Assembly (NCBI GenBank): GCA_965216875.1
Contig: OZ244207.1
Location: 576,001-640,000, forward strand
Direction of reading: 5' to 3'
DNA from: Rubripirellula sp.
Lineage (GTDB): Bacteria; Planctomycetota; Planctomycetia; Pirellulales; Pirellulaceae
Length of the DNA stretch: 64,000 nucleotides
The first letter of the stretch is position 1. Each line of letters opens with the position of its first letter. The translations under genes were made by a program, and so were the position numbers. A model generated the notes under the pieces. The model was given only the letters and a program-made list of their open reading frames with translations. It made no database searches and was not told where the DNA came from. Below, piece by piece: positions 29,093-38,653 of the stretch.

Positions 29093-30739
29093 ATGTCCAA
29101 GAAGCGCAAACGCCTTATCAAGGCTGTTGCTTACCTCCGTCGCTCTACCACAGACCAAGAGGCGAGCCTCGACGAGCAACGTGCAACCATCATCGCCTAC
29201 GCCAAAGCGAACGGATACAGAATCATCCGTTGGTACGAAGACGACGGCATAAGCGGCGATGATACGGAAAAGCGTGTCGGTTTCCTTCGCATGATCGACG
29301 ATGCCACGTCTGGCGAATTCAAATTCATTCTGTGCTGGGACCAGGATCGCTTTGGGCGGTTCGACAGTTTAGAAGCCGGTTACTACATCACACCAATCCG
29401 AAACGCCGGAGTTCAACTGGTAACGGTGAACGAAGGGCCGATTGACTGGAACAACTTTGCCGACCGTTTGACCTACAGCATCAAACAGGAAGGCAAACAC
29501 CAGTTCCTCCGCGACCTATCACGCAATGTCCTGCGAGGGCAAAGCGAGGCGGCGAAGCAAGGAAGTTGGATCGGAAGCCCGCCGTACGGTTATCTCCTAG
29601 AGGGCAACTGCAAGAACAAACGACTGGTCGTTGACGAGCCCAGAATGGCGATCGTGCGACGGTTGTTCAAAGAATACGTAGACGATGGACGTTCGCTTTC
29701 AGAGATTGCCAAACGCCTCACGGACGAAGGCGAGCCAACGCCTAAAGGTAAAAGGCAATGGCGTGGTGACACCGTGAGATTCCTTTTGGCGAATCCGGCC
29801 TACATCGGCACGTTCCGGTACAACACTGCCGGGAGCTCCAAGTACCACAGTTTCAGGCGTGGAGCAATTGCACAAGGCGGTTACCGAGGACGCAAGCCAG
29901 TAGAGGATTGGGTCGTGATTCCGAATCACCACCCAGCCGAGATCGACAAGGACGCCTTCGATCGTGCTCAAGCGATGATCGCAAAGAACCGAAACGGGCA
30001 GACCAATTATCCAGCAGGCGACAATCCGTACATCTTCAGCGGCGTGTTGCGTTGTGGTCGATGCGGTGCGTTGATGATTGGCGACGATGGGAACCGCTAT
30101 CGATGCGGCAATCGTCGAGCGAAGAAACGGTGTTTGGGAACGGTCGTGCGTGAGGACCATCTGCTGGAACATCTGACGCGTACGCTCAACAAGCATTTGA
30201 TCGACGATGATCCTGAAATGCTGGCCGCTGAATGGTCTGCCGATAGATGGGAACTGCGGCCAGAGGATGTCCCAAAGACGTTCGAGCGAATGCGTCGAAT
30301 CATGAAAGGAAACGACGGCAGGGATTTCGCGAGGGACGCGAAGCGACTGCGGGCCAAGATTGCAAAGATTGATACACAGCTCGCAAAGCTGCGTCGCAAC
30401 ATCGGGTACGTCGATGATCCGGCAACCATTACCGTCATCTCAGAGGAGATTGAGAAGCACGAAGAAGAACGCGGTACATTGCAGCGGCAGATCGAATCGC
30501 AGCCAACGGAGATCAACGTCAACTACGCGGTGCTGGACCTGATCGGGGACATGATGCACCTGCATTCCGGCAACAAGGCCGTAGTGCGTCGCGTGGTCCG
30601 AGAGGTCGATCGGATCACCGTTCACACGCATCGACGCGGAAAGGGGAATGGCACGCGACACCGCCTCAAGTCGATAGAAATCACGTGGCTAGGAGTGGGG
30701 CCGACTGCGAGTAAGTCGAACTCTCGCCGAACGGATTAA
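29093..30739 (+). CDS. Large serine recombinase (integrase)
   Basis: YLRRST, DQDRFGR, PPYGY, NPAYIG, CGRCG zinc ribbon and coiled coil; reads through the right att site. Confidence 0.95.
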   Translation: MSKKRKRLIKAVAYLRRSTTDQEASLDEQRATIIAYAKANGYRIIRWYEDDGISGDDTEKRVGFLRMIDDATSGEFKFILCWDQDRFGRFDSLEAGYYITPIRNAGVQLVTVNEGPIDWNNFADRLTYSIKQEGKHQFLRDLSRNVLRGQSEAAKQGSWIGSPPYGYLLEGNCKNKRLVVDEPRMAIVRRLFKEYVDDGRSLSEIAKRLTDEGEPTPKGKRQWRGDTVRFLLANPAYIGTFRYNTAGSSKYHSFRRGAIAQGGYRGRKPVEDWVVIPNHHPAEIDKDAFDRAQAMIAKNRNGQTNYPAGDNPYIFSGVLRCGRCGALMIGDDGNRYRCGNRRAKKRCLGTVVREDHLLEHLTRTLNKHLIDDDPEMLAAEWSADRWELRPEDVPKTFERMRRIMKGNDGRDFARDAKRLRAKIAKIDTQLAKLRRNIGYVDDPATITVISEEIEKHEEERGTLQRQIESQPTEINVNYAVLDLIGDMMHLHSGNKAVVRRVVREVDRITVHTHRRGKGNGTRHRLKSIEITWLGVGPTASKSNSRRTD

Positions 30740-30773
30740 AAGTCCGTCATGCTGCCAGTTACACCACAACCCC
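30695..30773 (-). pseudogene. Disrupted tRNA-Lys(TTT), right att junction
   Basis: 5' part matches 56196-56268; the element-supplied 3' part breaks the T-stem. Confidence 0.85.
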
Positions 30774-30881
30774 AAAGTAGGCTTTAGGTATGAGGCGTTT
30801 AGAATTTAGGCATGACAGCTGGACGCTTCGCATCGTTTCTCTCCTTTCAAACTTCACTCTTCCAGCTTCAAACTTCCGCAG

Positions 30882-30953
30882 TGGTAGCCCTGGGAATTGA
30901 ACTCAGCGCGACTCGGTTATCAGCCGAGTTTGGGCAACCAGCCCTCGACTACC
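30882..30953 (-). tRNA. tRNA-Ile(GAT)
   Basis: Loop CT-GAT-AA. Confidence 0.75.
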
Positions 30954-31064
30954 GTTTGTCAGGCGTCAGGAATCAGGCCTCCGACTTCAGGAGAACTTCC
31001 TGAATCCTGAATCCTGAATCCTGAATCCTGACGCCTGACGCCTGAAGTCTGACTCCTGCATTAG

Positions 31065-31137
31065 TCGGGTGTGTCGGAATCGAACCGCTCTCCATCGTCC
31101 CAAACGAAGTGTGCACAACCATTACACTTCACGCCCG
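31065..31137 (-). tRNA. tRNA-Pro(TGG)
   Basis: C1-G72/A73, loop TT-TGG-GA, some stem mismatches. Confidence 0.65.
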
Positions 31138-31186
31138 ATCGTCGACTTCTGACGCCTGATACCTGAAGCCTGAAGTCTGTATAAAT

Positions 31187-31825
31187 GAGTCGGCTTTAGC
31201 GCAAGCTCTATTCCGACTCGGTGATGGCCCTCGAATCAACGCCATTGGCTCCTCGAGGTCTGCACACGCGCGTGTTAAACGCTTCATCACCTTCACCCCT
31301 GTCGTTGATGTCTCCATCGCCCAACAGCAGGCAGTAGTGCAACGAGTCTTCTGGGTTAGGTCCCGAGCCTCCCGTCGGAGACTCGCACCTCGCTCGATCA
31401 GCTTTCTACGTCGGGACGTAGTCCACTGATCCCCTTTCGGGCAGCTCGACCACCTTTCGGCGACCGATGTAGGCACTTCGACTCTGTTACACGTATGACT
31501 TGCTGCCACCTCCCGAAGGAGTCGGCAACTTCCCGAACACTTTATGTGTCATTCAACCCTGACAAGGTTGCGACTGGAACGTTCCACGATAGCCATACAA
31601 ATCCGTGGTCTTTCAGGCAGCACTCCGCTGGTGGGCCAGCGACTCACGCCCTCAGTTACTTGACAGCTTCCAGTACCCACGCGGTTACCTACCGGCTTCA
31701 TCGCCAAGGCTACGACGGATGAACGCCGCTCCTAGGTCAGCCTTTCGTTTATCTCTCTTGCGAGAGCCGGCCACCCGTTCCAGGGCAAACCGGTTTTACG
31801 TCCGAACGACATCACGGACCTATGA
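31187..31825 (-). ncRNA. Candidate large structured ncRNA (about 640 nt)
   Basis: Dense hairpins with minus-strand GAAA, GCAA and UUCG tetraloops; no convincing ORF; lies between two tRNAs. Confidence 0.65.
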
Positions 31826-31940
31826 TTTTAGAAGTGGGAAGCTAGAGGTATGAAAACCTCGCTCGCCCAACTTCAATTGTTCTGTCAATGCATTTTCCTG
31901 CTTTCAAACTTCACCCTTCACTCTTCGAACTTCCGAAAGG

Positions 31941-32013
31941 TGGGCCAGGAGGAACTCGAATCCCCGTCTGCGGTGCTTCAAACCGCCGCTAAACCATCTC
32001 AGCTACCGACCCG
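31941..32013 (-). tRNA. tRNA-Phe(GAA), first gene of array A
   Basis: Loop TT-GAA-GC. Confidence 0.8.
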
Positions 32014-32111
32014 CGATAGGAATTTGGGCTTCAGCTTTTTAGCTGTAGGTAGAGCAGAGCCTCCAGCTCACGTCCTCAACACCTACGGTCTAAATCCCCC
32101 AACACCCAATG

Positions 32112-32146
32112 AAAAAGGCTCGATGTCTGAGTGACACCGAGCCTTC
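32112..32146 (-). terminator. Attenuator-type intrinsic terminator (array A)
   Basis: AAGGCUCGGUGUC/GACAUCGAGCCUUUUU. Confidence 0.75.
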
Positions 32147-32176
32147 ATGTAGAAAGCAATTCGCTTAAAGCGAGTG

Positions 32177-32335
32177 TCACGTCAGCAATCGAAAACCAAA
32201 CGGATACAGGTCCGCGCCATTGCCTGGCTGGAACGTATTGGCGCTGCGTTCGCTTTCGCTGCGCCAATCGCTACCGCCGAAGGGATTCCCTTCGTGTATC
32301 CGTTGGAGTTGACTTGTGGGTTGCTTGGTAAACAT
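32177..32335 (-). CDS. Putative leader peptide, 52 aa (array A)
   Basis: MFTKQPTSQLQRIHEGNPFGGSDWRSESERSANTFQPGNGADLYPFGFRLLT; same length and frame as 56808-56966 with synonymous changes. Confidence 0.75.
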   Translation of the reverse strand: MFTKQPTSQLQRIHEGNPFGGSDWRSESERSANTFQPGNGADLYPFGFRLLT

Positions 32336-32404
32336 CTGACTGAAGAACGGTTGTTCGTTTCTCTTTGCGTGATTTGCGCCAGCATCCGCTGGTTCTGGAT
32401 TAAA

Positions 32405-32483
32405 TAGACGCTTCCGATACAGAAGGGTTCGCGAAAAACCTCGTCGTCAAAACCTAGATGCGCGACGCGTCGAGATTATTTCA
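32405..32483 (-). promoter_or_regulatory. Tandem ECF-like promoters (array A)
   Basis: TGAAAT-N16-GCATCT and GCGAACC-N16-GTCTA. Confidence 0.65.
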
Positions 32484-32702
32484 TTGCCCAAAAGAAACTC
32501 TGCCACATTTTGCTCAATAGTCAAACAAGAAAACCATCATGACCAACGTAGAGTCGCCGGGATTCTTTGGAGTCGAGGCTCGATCGAGTCGCTTGATTGC
32601 TTCGAAAAAGCTGTGTTGTCGACGCTGCTTTCGCGGAGCGAAAGGCGACGATCAACAGCGTCTCAGCCCAAGAGGAGAGTTCTCCAGCAGGATCTCGAGG
32701 GC

Positions 32703-34208
32703 TCAAGTGCCGCAAAACGTTTGGTAATTTTCGGTGAATTCCGAGGGAGCGGGCGCCGCATAACGGGCACGCTGCGGGGCTTCTTCGAACGGATTTCGCA
32801 CAACATCAAGCAGGCTTTCGAAACGCGTGAGATCGCCGCTTTCGGTAGCCTCGGCAAGTGCTTCTTCGACAAGATGGTTGCGCGGAATGTAGAGCGGGTT
32901 TGCGGCTTGAATCGCGGAAGCCAACTGGGCCGATTCATCGTCACTCTGCAATCGCCTCCACTCCTGCAGCCAAGCATCGATATCTGGCTGCTCGGAAAAC
33001 AGTGACCTCAGTTTGCGTTCATCTCCTTCGGCTACCTCTGCCAGACAACGCCATGCGAGGGTGTAGTCGGCCTTGCTCTTGGTCAGCAACTCCGTCCAGT
33101 CATCCACCAACTTGCGTTCGTCCTCACTCACATCATCCGACCTGTCAGATCCCACCAGGCCCAACTTGACCCGGGCTCCCCTGTACCAGTGTTGCTCGAA
33201 CGTCGGGATAAACGTGTTGAGAACGGCTGTCGCTTCGGCAATCGCACCGTCGGTATCTTCGATTCCCAATAGCGGCAGTAATGTCTCGGCAAACCGGGAC
33301 AGATTCCAGATCGCGATGGCGGGCTGGTTCATAAAGGCGTAGCGTCCAGCGTGATCGATGGAACTGTAGACCGTCTCGGGATCGTACGATTCCATAAATG
33401 CGCACGGCCCATAGTCAATCGTCTCGCCCGAAATCGCCATGTTGTCCGTATTCATGACCCCATGAATAAATCCAACCAGCATCCATCGCGCAATCAATGC
33501 TGCCTGACGCTCCGCAACCGACCGAAGCAGCGATAGGTACGGCTGGTCGGCTTCAGAGATCTCAGGGTAGTGCCGCGCGATGACGTAGTCGGCAAGCTTG
33601 CGAACGTGCTCGTTTTGGCCACGAACAGCAAAGTACTGAAACGTTCCGACTCGCACGTGACTGGCGGCAACGCGCGTCAGGACTGCGCCGGGAAGAGGGC
33701 GTTCGCGCATGACCGGTTCACCCGTCGCGACGGCGGCAAGAGCTCGAGTCGTGGGAATCCCCAAAGCGTGCATCGCTTCACCGATGAGATATTCGCGCAG
33801 CACTGGGCCAACTGCCGCCTTGCCGTCACCGCCGCGCGAAAAAGGCGTTCGCCCCGATCCCTTCAACGCGATGTCACGTCGCCTACCGCGCTCGTCGATC
33901 ACTTCGCCAACCAGTAGAGCGCGTCCGTCTCCCAATTGCGGGACAAAATTTCCGAATTGGTGGCCTGCGTACGCCTGTGCGATCGGCCGCGCATCACCTG
34001 GCAACTCGTTTCCTGAAAAGATCTGAGCGGCAACGTCCCGAGTCAGCGACTCACGATCGAGTCCAAGTTCACTCGCCAACGACTCGTTGAGTTGCAGCAA
34101 ACGCGGTTCGCGAACCGGCGTCGGCTCAACCGAAGCGAAAAAGTCGGGCAACTGCTCGGCATAGGTGTGCTGGAGGCCGAACGCGATTTCGTTTTTCGAT
34201 GGGGTCAT
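32703..34208 (-). CDS. selO: Protein adenylyltransferase SelO/YdiU
   Basis: YAGHQFG, LGDGRA, KGSGRTPFSRGGDG, HGVMNTDN, terminal TFCGT. Confidence 0.95.
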   Translation of the reverse strand: MTPSKNEIAFGLQHTYAEQLPDFFASVEPTPVREPRLLQLNESLASELGLDRESLTRDVAAQIFSGNELPGDARPIAQAYAGHQFGNFVPQLGDGRALLVGEVIDERGRRRDIALKGSGRTPFSRGGDGKAAVGPVLREYLIGEAMHALGIPTTRALAAVATGEPVMRERPLPGAVLTRVAASHVRVGTFQYFAVRGQNEHVRKLADYVIARHYPEISEADQPYLSLLRSVAERQAALIARWMLVGFIHGVMNTDNMAISGETIDYGPCAFMESYDPETVYSSIDHAGRYAFMNQPAIAIWNLSRFAETLLPLLGIEDTDGAIAEATAVLNTFIPTFEQHWYRGARVKLGLVGSDRSDDVSEDERKLVDDWTELLTKSKADYTLAWRCLAEVAEGDERKLRSLFSEQPDIDAWLQEWRRLQSDDESAQLASAIQAANPLYIPRNHLVEEALAEATESGDLTRFESLLDVVRNPFEEAPQRARYAAPAPSEFTENYQTFCGT

Positions 34209-34528
34209 ATGCGAGAGCCTCCAATGCAGGAATCGGCCTCGGAAGGAGCCGACGGCGAGTCGGTGAGATACTAGCCATCAGGCGTTGGCGAGGCCACCGG
34301 TACCACAATTCTGTCGACTTTTCAGAACCAATCTTGACCGATCATCTCATTTTAGGCGGGGGAAAACAGCTCGCCCCGGCCAACACTTCGGAGAGATCAG
34401 GACGGAGAAAATGGGCCGATCTCCAGGGTGAGCGTGTTCGATTTCCTGTTTTCAACGCAATAACCAGCCTGGCAGTGCACGGATTTCCTGGGTCGGTAAG
34501 ATTGTCGGCGGATGGACATACTCTATTG

Positions 34529-35074
34529 ATGCCTGATTCCCCCGATATCGACCGACAAGCTGAATTCGTGCAGCTGCTTAATGCGTCACACCGGCGTTTA
34601 CTTGGGTATTTGGTTTCGTTGTTAGGTAATCTGCAGGACGCCGAAGATGTGCTTCAGCGTGCGAGTGTCACGATGTGGAAGAAGTTCGATGTCTTCCAGT
34701 CGGGCACCGATTTTTTCGCGTGGGCGAGCACTTTCGCATTCTACGAAGCTCGTAATTTCCAGCGGATGAATGCTCGATCACGCCTCGTTTTTAGCGACGA
34801 TCTTCTCGAAACACTTGCCGAAGAAAGACTTCAAGACATCGTCAATGTTGAATCTCGTCACAGCGCCTTGAATGAGTGCCTTGGACAACTTGATGAACCA
34901 GCAAGAGCACTGTTGGAGGCTGCGTATCTCGAGGAAGGCAGCATCGTGCACCTCGCCGAGCAATTGGGACGCGCTCCGCAGACCCTCTACAACAAGTTGA
35001 ATCTGTTGCGCCGACGGTTGTTCAACTGCGTCGAACAACGCCTGAATGAGGGGCTTGCGACCAATGAACCGTGA
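34529..35074 (+). CDS. ECF sigma-70 factor
   Basis: DAEDVLQ...F.AWA region 2 and region 4 HTH. Confidence 0.9.
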   Translation: MPDSPDIDRQAEFVQLLNASHRRLLGYLVSLLGNLQDAEDVLQRASVTMWKKFDVFQSGTDFFAWASTFAFYEARNFQRMNARSRLVFSDDLLETLAEERLQDIVNVESRHSALNECLGQLDEPARALLEAAYLEEGSIVHLAEQLGRAPQTLYNKLNLLRRRLFNCVEQRLNEGLATNEP

Positions 35075-36647
35075 ATTCGACTCCGACGAACTCCACTTGC
35101 TCCTCAGGGAATTACGTGACGGTTCGATCACGCCCGATAGGCAAATGCGGCTTGAATCCATTTTGCAGCAGTCCCCCCAAGCGCGGCGCCAATGGTTCTT
35201 GTTCTGCGATGTTGAGACTGGACTGAAGGACTGGGCGGTGACCCAGGACGAGAGGCGATCGAATCGCCCGCCCGCAAACAACACGAACGTGCAATCTCAC
35301 ATTCTCCACAAGGTCGGCGTCGTGTCGGTCGCGGCGACGCTCCTGATCGCATTCACGTTGGCTTCTTGGTTGAACCGCACATCCGATCGCCAGAAGGATG
35401 ACGCGTTCCCTAAAACGGAGTTGCTTGTCAGCGATGTGGCTGTTTTGACGCATGTTGTGGATGCAAAATGGACCGATCAAGCGGAAAGCCACAGCGCGGG
35501 ATCAACACTCGCTCCGTCGACGCTCAAACTGCAGTCGGGCGCAGTACTGATCGAATTCTTCAGTGGAGCAACTGCTGTGTTGGAGGGCCCAGCAGAGTTT
35601 GCAGTCCTCTCGAGCAACGAGGGGCATCTTCATTCTGGAAAGTTAAATGCGCATGTCCCCCCTCAGGCTCAGGGATTCACGATCAAGACCGCCGCTGGCG
35701 ACATTGTCGACCATGGAACCGATTTTGGCGTGAAGATGGATGCCGAGACTCCGCCTGAATTACATGTGTTTACCGGCAAGGTCGAGTTCAAATCGGGAAA
35801 TAAATCTCTCGACGTCGAAACGGGCGTAGCGATTCAGCTAGGCGCCGAGAACCAACAAACCTTCGACTGCGATCGTTCCGCATTCCTTGTTGAGCAGGAT
35901 CTGATTCAGCAGAGCCGCTTGGCATCCGAGCGTCGATTGGCCCAGTGGCGGAATGCGAGCACCACTTTGAGCAACGACGCGGCAGCCCTCTATCATCTGC
36001 GACTTGACACATCGCCGGAAACGACAGAGAGCAAACGTGTCCTCTTGAACTCGGCCGTTGGTTCCGACCCAAATTCTGGCGGTACCCTCGTTGGCTGCCA
36101 GCGGGTTGGTGGCCGCTGGCATGGAAAAAGTGGCGTCTCGTTTGGCGGTCCCGGCGACCGAATTCGGCTGACGGTTGCGCGGCCGATGCAAGCCGTAACG
36201 CTATTGGCTTGGGTCAATGTCGAGTCGCTTTCGCGATGGCAGAACTCACTGCTCTCCGCAGATTCGGAGAGGCCCGGTTCGATCCGTTGGCAACTCACCA
36301 AGCGTGGGCAATTGCGGCTGGCGATCGCTCGCGATTTGGGGCGACCTCAATCCGATTGGGAGGCCGTGGAGAGTGAACCGTTCCTAACTGAAGGACTCTT
36401 TCGTCAATGGATACTCTTGGCGACAACGTTTGATGGAACGACGATTCGTCATTACGCCGATGGTCGTCTCGTTGGAACGGGAGCGTCTTTCACGCCCGAA
36501 GCCCTTCACATTGGAACGGCCGAAATTGGTAATTGGGCCGGAGAGACTCGCCGCGAATTGCACGCCACACTCGACGAGTTTGTCGTTCTCGATCGTGTAT
36601 TGCGGGACGAGGAGATTGTTGAGATTCATCGCTACGGCAAACCGTGA
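35064..36647 (+). CDS. FecR-like anti-sigma protein with LamG-like domain
   Basis: TM helix, LEGPAEF, VDHGTDFGV, C-terminal LDEFVVLDRVL. Confidence 0.85.
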   Translation: MNREFDSDELHLLLRELRDGSITPDRQMRLESILQQSPQARRQWFLFCDVETGLKDWAVTQDERRSNRPPANNTNVQSHILHKVGVVSVAATLLIAFTLASWLNRTSDRQKDDAFPKTELLVSDVAVLTHVVDAKWTDQAESHSAGSTLAPSTLKLQSGAVLIEFFSGATAVLEGPAEFAVLSSNEGHLHSGKLNAHVPPQAQGFTIKTAAGDIVDHGTDFGVKMDAETPPELHVFTGKVEFKSGNKSLDVETGVAIQLGAENQQTFDCDRSAFLVEQDLIQQSRLASERRLAQWRNASTTLSNDAAALYHLRLDTSPETTESKRVLLNSAVGSDPNSGGTLVGCQRVGGRWHGKSGVSFGGPGDRIRLTVARPMQAVTLLAWVNVESLSRWQNSLLSADSERPGSIRWQLTKRGQLRLAIARDLGRPQSDWEAVESEPFLTEGLFRQWILLATTFDGTTIRHYADGRLVGTGASFTPEALHIGTAEIGNWAGETRRELHATLDEFVVLDRVLRDEEIVEIHRYGKP

Positions 36648-36739
36648 GCTTTCCATCAGAAAGTGAGGTAAGGACGGGCGCTGCAAGACATTTACTCTTG
36701 TAGATCAATCGGCCAGTCTCCTCGCGCACAAGCATTTGA

Positions 36740-38653
36740 ATGACGACTCAAATCAAAGCCATCGTTTGGGCAACGTTCTCTGTTGCGTTCGTTCTCGTCC
36801 CAATCAGCTCTTCTTTACCGGCAGAAGAACCGTCAGTCGTGCCGTTGTTCGACGAAACCACAACGCTGGAGCCTTCAACGACCGAACACACAAGCGAGGC
36901 GTTGATCACGCGGATTGGTGACCGTGTTCGAGATCGTCACGCGAGGGAGTCGCAGTTCAAGGCATATGATCATTACTTGAGCTTCTATTGGGAGCAGCGA
37001 ACGATTGAGCTTGAGTTTGTCGACAAGATCGCCAAAGACGGCAATGAAATCGTCGTTAACATCAAGTCGTTAACGCCGCTTAACGAACCAAACTTCCGCA
37101 CCTTCTACCGTGGACTCAACACCGTGGCTGAGTACCACGAGAATGTCATCGCGGATCAAGTCGCACCGAATCATTACTCGGTTTCACTCACACGTCATTC
37201 GCCGAAAGGACGTCGCCTCGAAATCGGCGACGAAATTGAATTCGAGTTCAGCCCGTTCCTGCGCAATCCCAAGAACGGACGCAGCAACTACTACGGTACC
37301 ACCATGCTTTATGTGGTCGGCAAAGGGATCGTCCCCTGGTTGGGAGTTGGTGATCGACTCGAATCAATCCCTCTGCCTCAATCTGCCCTGCTCGGTGGAG
37401 GAACGACGATATCACACCAATACTCGGGAGAGCCGGCTGAGAGATTCAAGCAGATGGCGGGAAACATTTCGCCGCGAAACGCCCAACCATTCTTGCTGGG
37501 GCGCAGGCTCCACCACACAAACCTGCTCGATGGTACTCATTCCGAGCAACCCAATCCTGTGTTCAGCAGGCACGCAGGGAAACTAGGCCCCCACTATGTT
37601 GCAACCAGTTGCATCGCGTGCCACGTCAATAACGGCCGTTCATTGCCGCCCCCGGTCGGCGAACCGATCAACCAGATGGTCGTTAAAGTTGCATCCGATG
37701 CATCAGGGACCCCGCATCCCGATCTCGGAACGGCGCTCCAACGCCATTCGACCAGCGGCGCTGTCGAAGGAAGTGCACACATCCAACGCTATGAGTACGT
37801 TGCGGGGGCTTACGCGGATGGTGACAAGTACGAGTTACGCAAACCAATCTACGAGTTTGTTGGCACAGCACCGCAATTCTTTTCGTTCCGCATCACTCCG
37901 CAACTTGTTGGGCTGGGATTGCTCGAGGCAATTCGCGAAGACGATCTCGTCGCACTTGCCGATCCCAACGATCGTGATGGCGACGGCGTTTCAGGACGAG
38001 TCCAGGTCGTCGTCGATCCTGAAACGAAACAACGAAGGTTGGGGCGATTTGGCTATAAGGCGGGTCAATCGCGTCTGCGTCATCAGATTGCTGCAGCACT
38101 CAACAGTGACATGGGTGTCACAACGACCATTGAGCAAGTGCTCGACGGCGACTCGGGCAGCAAGCCAGTCGAAATCTCCGACGAAGACCTCGCGCTGCTT
38201 GAGCGATACGTTGCCCTCTTAGGCGTCAGTGCGCAGCGCGATCAGGATGACGATCAAGTCCGACGCGGCAAATCGCTGTTCACCGAAGCAAAGTGCACCG
38301 CGTGCCACACGCCATCCCTCACAACGAGTGCTTACCATCCGCTCGCTGAACTTCGGGATCAAGAGATTCAACCATTCACAGACTTGTTGTTGCACGACAT
38401 GGGCAAAGGACTCGCCGACCCACTAGGCGAACATGCTGCAAGCGGCGCGGAATGGCGAACAACACCACTGTGGGGAATCGGTCTAACCAAGGGTGTTAGT
38501 GGTGGCGAAGCTTTTCTGCACGATGGGCGGGCCCGAACACTCGAGGAAGCAATCCTCTGGCATGAGGGTGAAGCGGAGATTTCAAAGGAAGCATTCCGCA
38601 ACATGCCGAGGCAAGACAGAGCCGACCTGATCAGATTCCTTCAATCGCTGTGA
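36740..38653 (+). CDS. Di-heme oxidoreductase (DHOR) family protein
   Basis: CIACH and CTACH, GLGLLEAI, LHDMG, WRTTPLWG, LHDGRARTLEEAI. Confidence 0.9.
   Translation: MTTQIKAIVWATFSVAFVLVPISSSLPAEEPSVVPLFDETTTLEPSTTEHTSEALITRIGDRVRDRHARESQFKAYDHYLSFYWEQRTIELEFVDKIAKDGNEIVVNIKSLTPLNEPNFRTFYRGLNTVAEYHENVIADQVAPNHYSVSLTRHSPKGRRLEIGDEIEFEFSPFLRNPKNGRSNYYGTTMLYVVGKGIVPWLGVGDRLESIPLPQSALLGGGTTISHQYSGEPAERFKQMAGNISPRNAQPFLLGRRLHHTNLLDGTHSEQPNPVFSRHAGKLGPHYVATSCIACHVNNGRSLPPPVGEPINQMVVKVASDASGTPHPDLGTALQRHSTSGAVEGSAHIQRYEYVAGAYADGDKYELRKPIYEFVGTAPQFFSFRITPQLVGLGLLEAIREDDLVALADPNDRDGDGVSGRVQVVVDPETKQRRLGRFGYKAGQSRLRHQIAAALNSDMGVTTTIEQVLDGDSGSKPVEISDEDLALLERYVALLGVSAQRDQDDDQVRRGKSLFTEAKCTACHTPSLTTSAYHPLAELRDQEIQPFTDLLLHDMGKGLADPLGEHAASGAEWRTTPLWGIGLTKGVSGGEAFLHDGRARTLEEAILWHEGEAEISKEAFRNMPRQDRADLIRFLQSL

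Larger units (their letters stand above)
18632..30721. mobile_element. About 12 kb integrative, phage-satellite-like element inserted in the T-loop of tRNA-Lys(TTT)
   Basis: Shared TCGAAC core at both ends; joining the flanks rebuilds the Lys gene; encodes a large serine recombinase, a resolvase and a terminase-like protein. Confidence 0.9.
15001..32013 (-). other. tRNA array A (decaying, split by an integrated element)
   Basis: About 25 intact or broken tRNA genes, all minus strand, no encoded CCA, same gene order as array B. Confidence 0.92.

Noticed and set aside
30800..30845. Mini-ORF between Ile and Lys
   Set aside because: Not conserved with the matching spacer of array B.
31187..31260. 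RNase P RNA (the end resembles an rnpB 3' end)
   Set aside because: GAGTCGG/CCGACTC is a local hairpin, and the conserved GAGGAAAGUCC and ACAGAA.CCGGC motifs were not found.
32182..32385. 67 aa ORF from the track as the leader peptide
   Set aside because: Start and stop are not shared with array B; the 32177-32335 frame shows the synonymous substitution pattern.
34529..35074. This ECF sigma as the regulator of the arrays
   Set aside because: It is coupled to a FecR/LamG gene and a DHOR gene; proximity is the only link.
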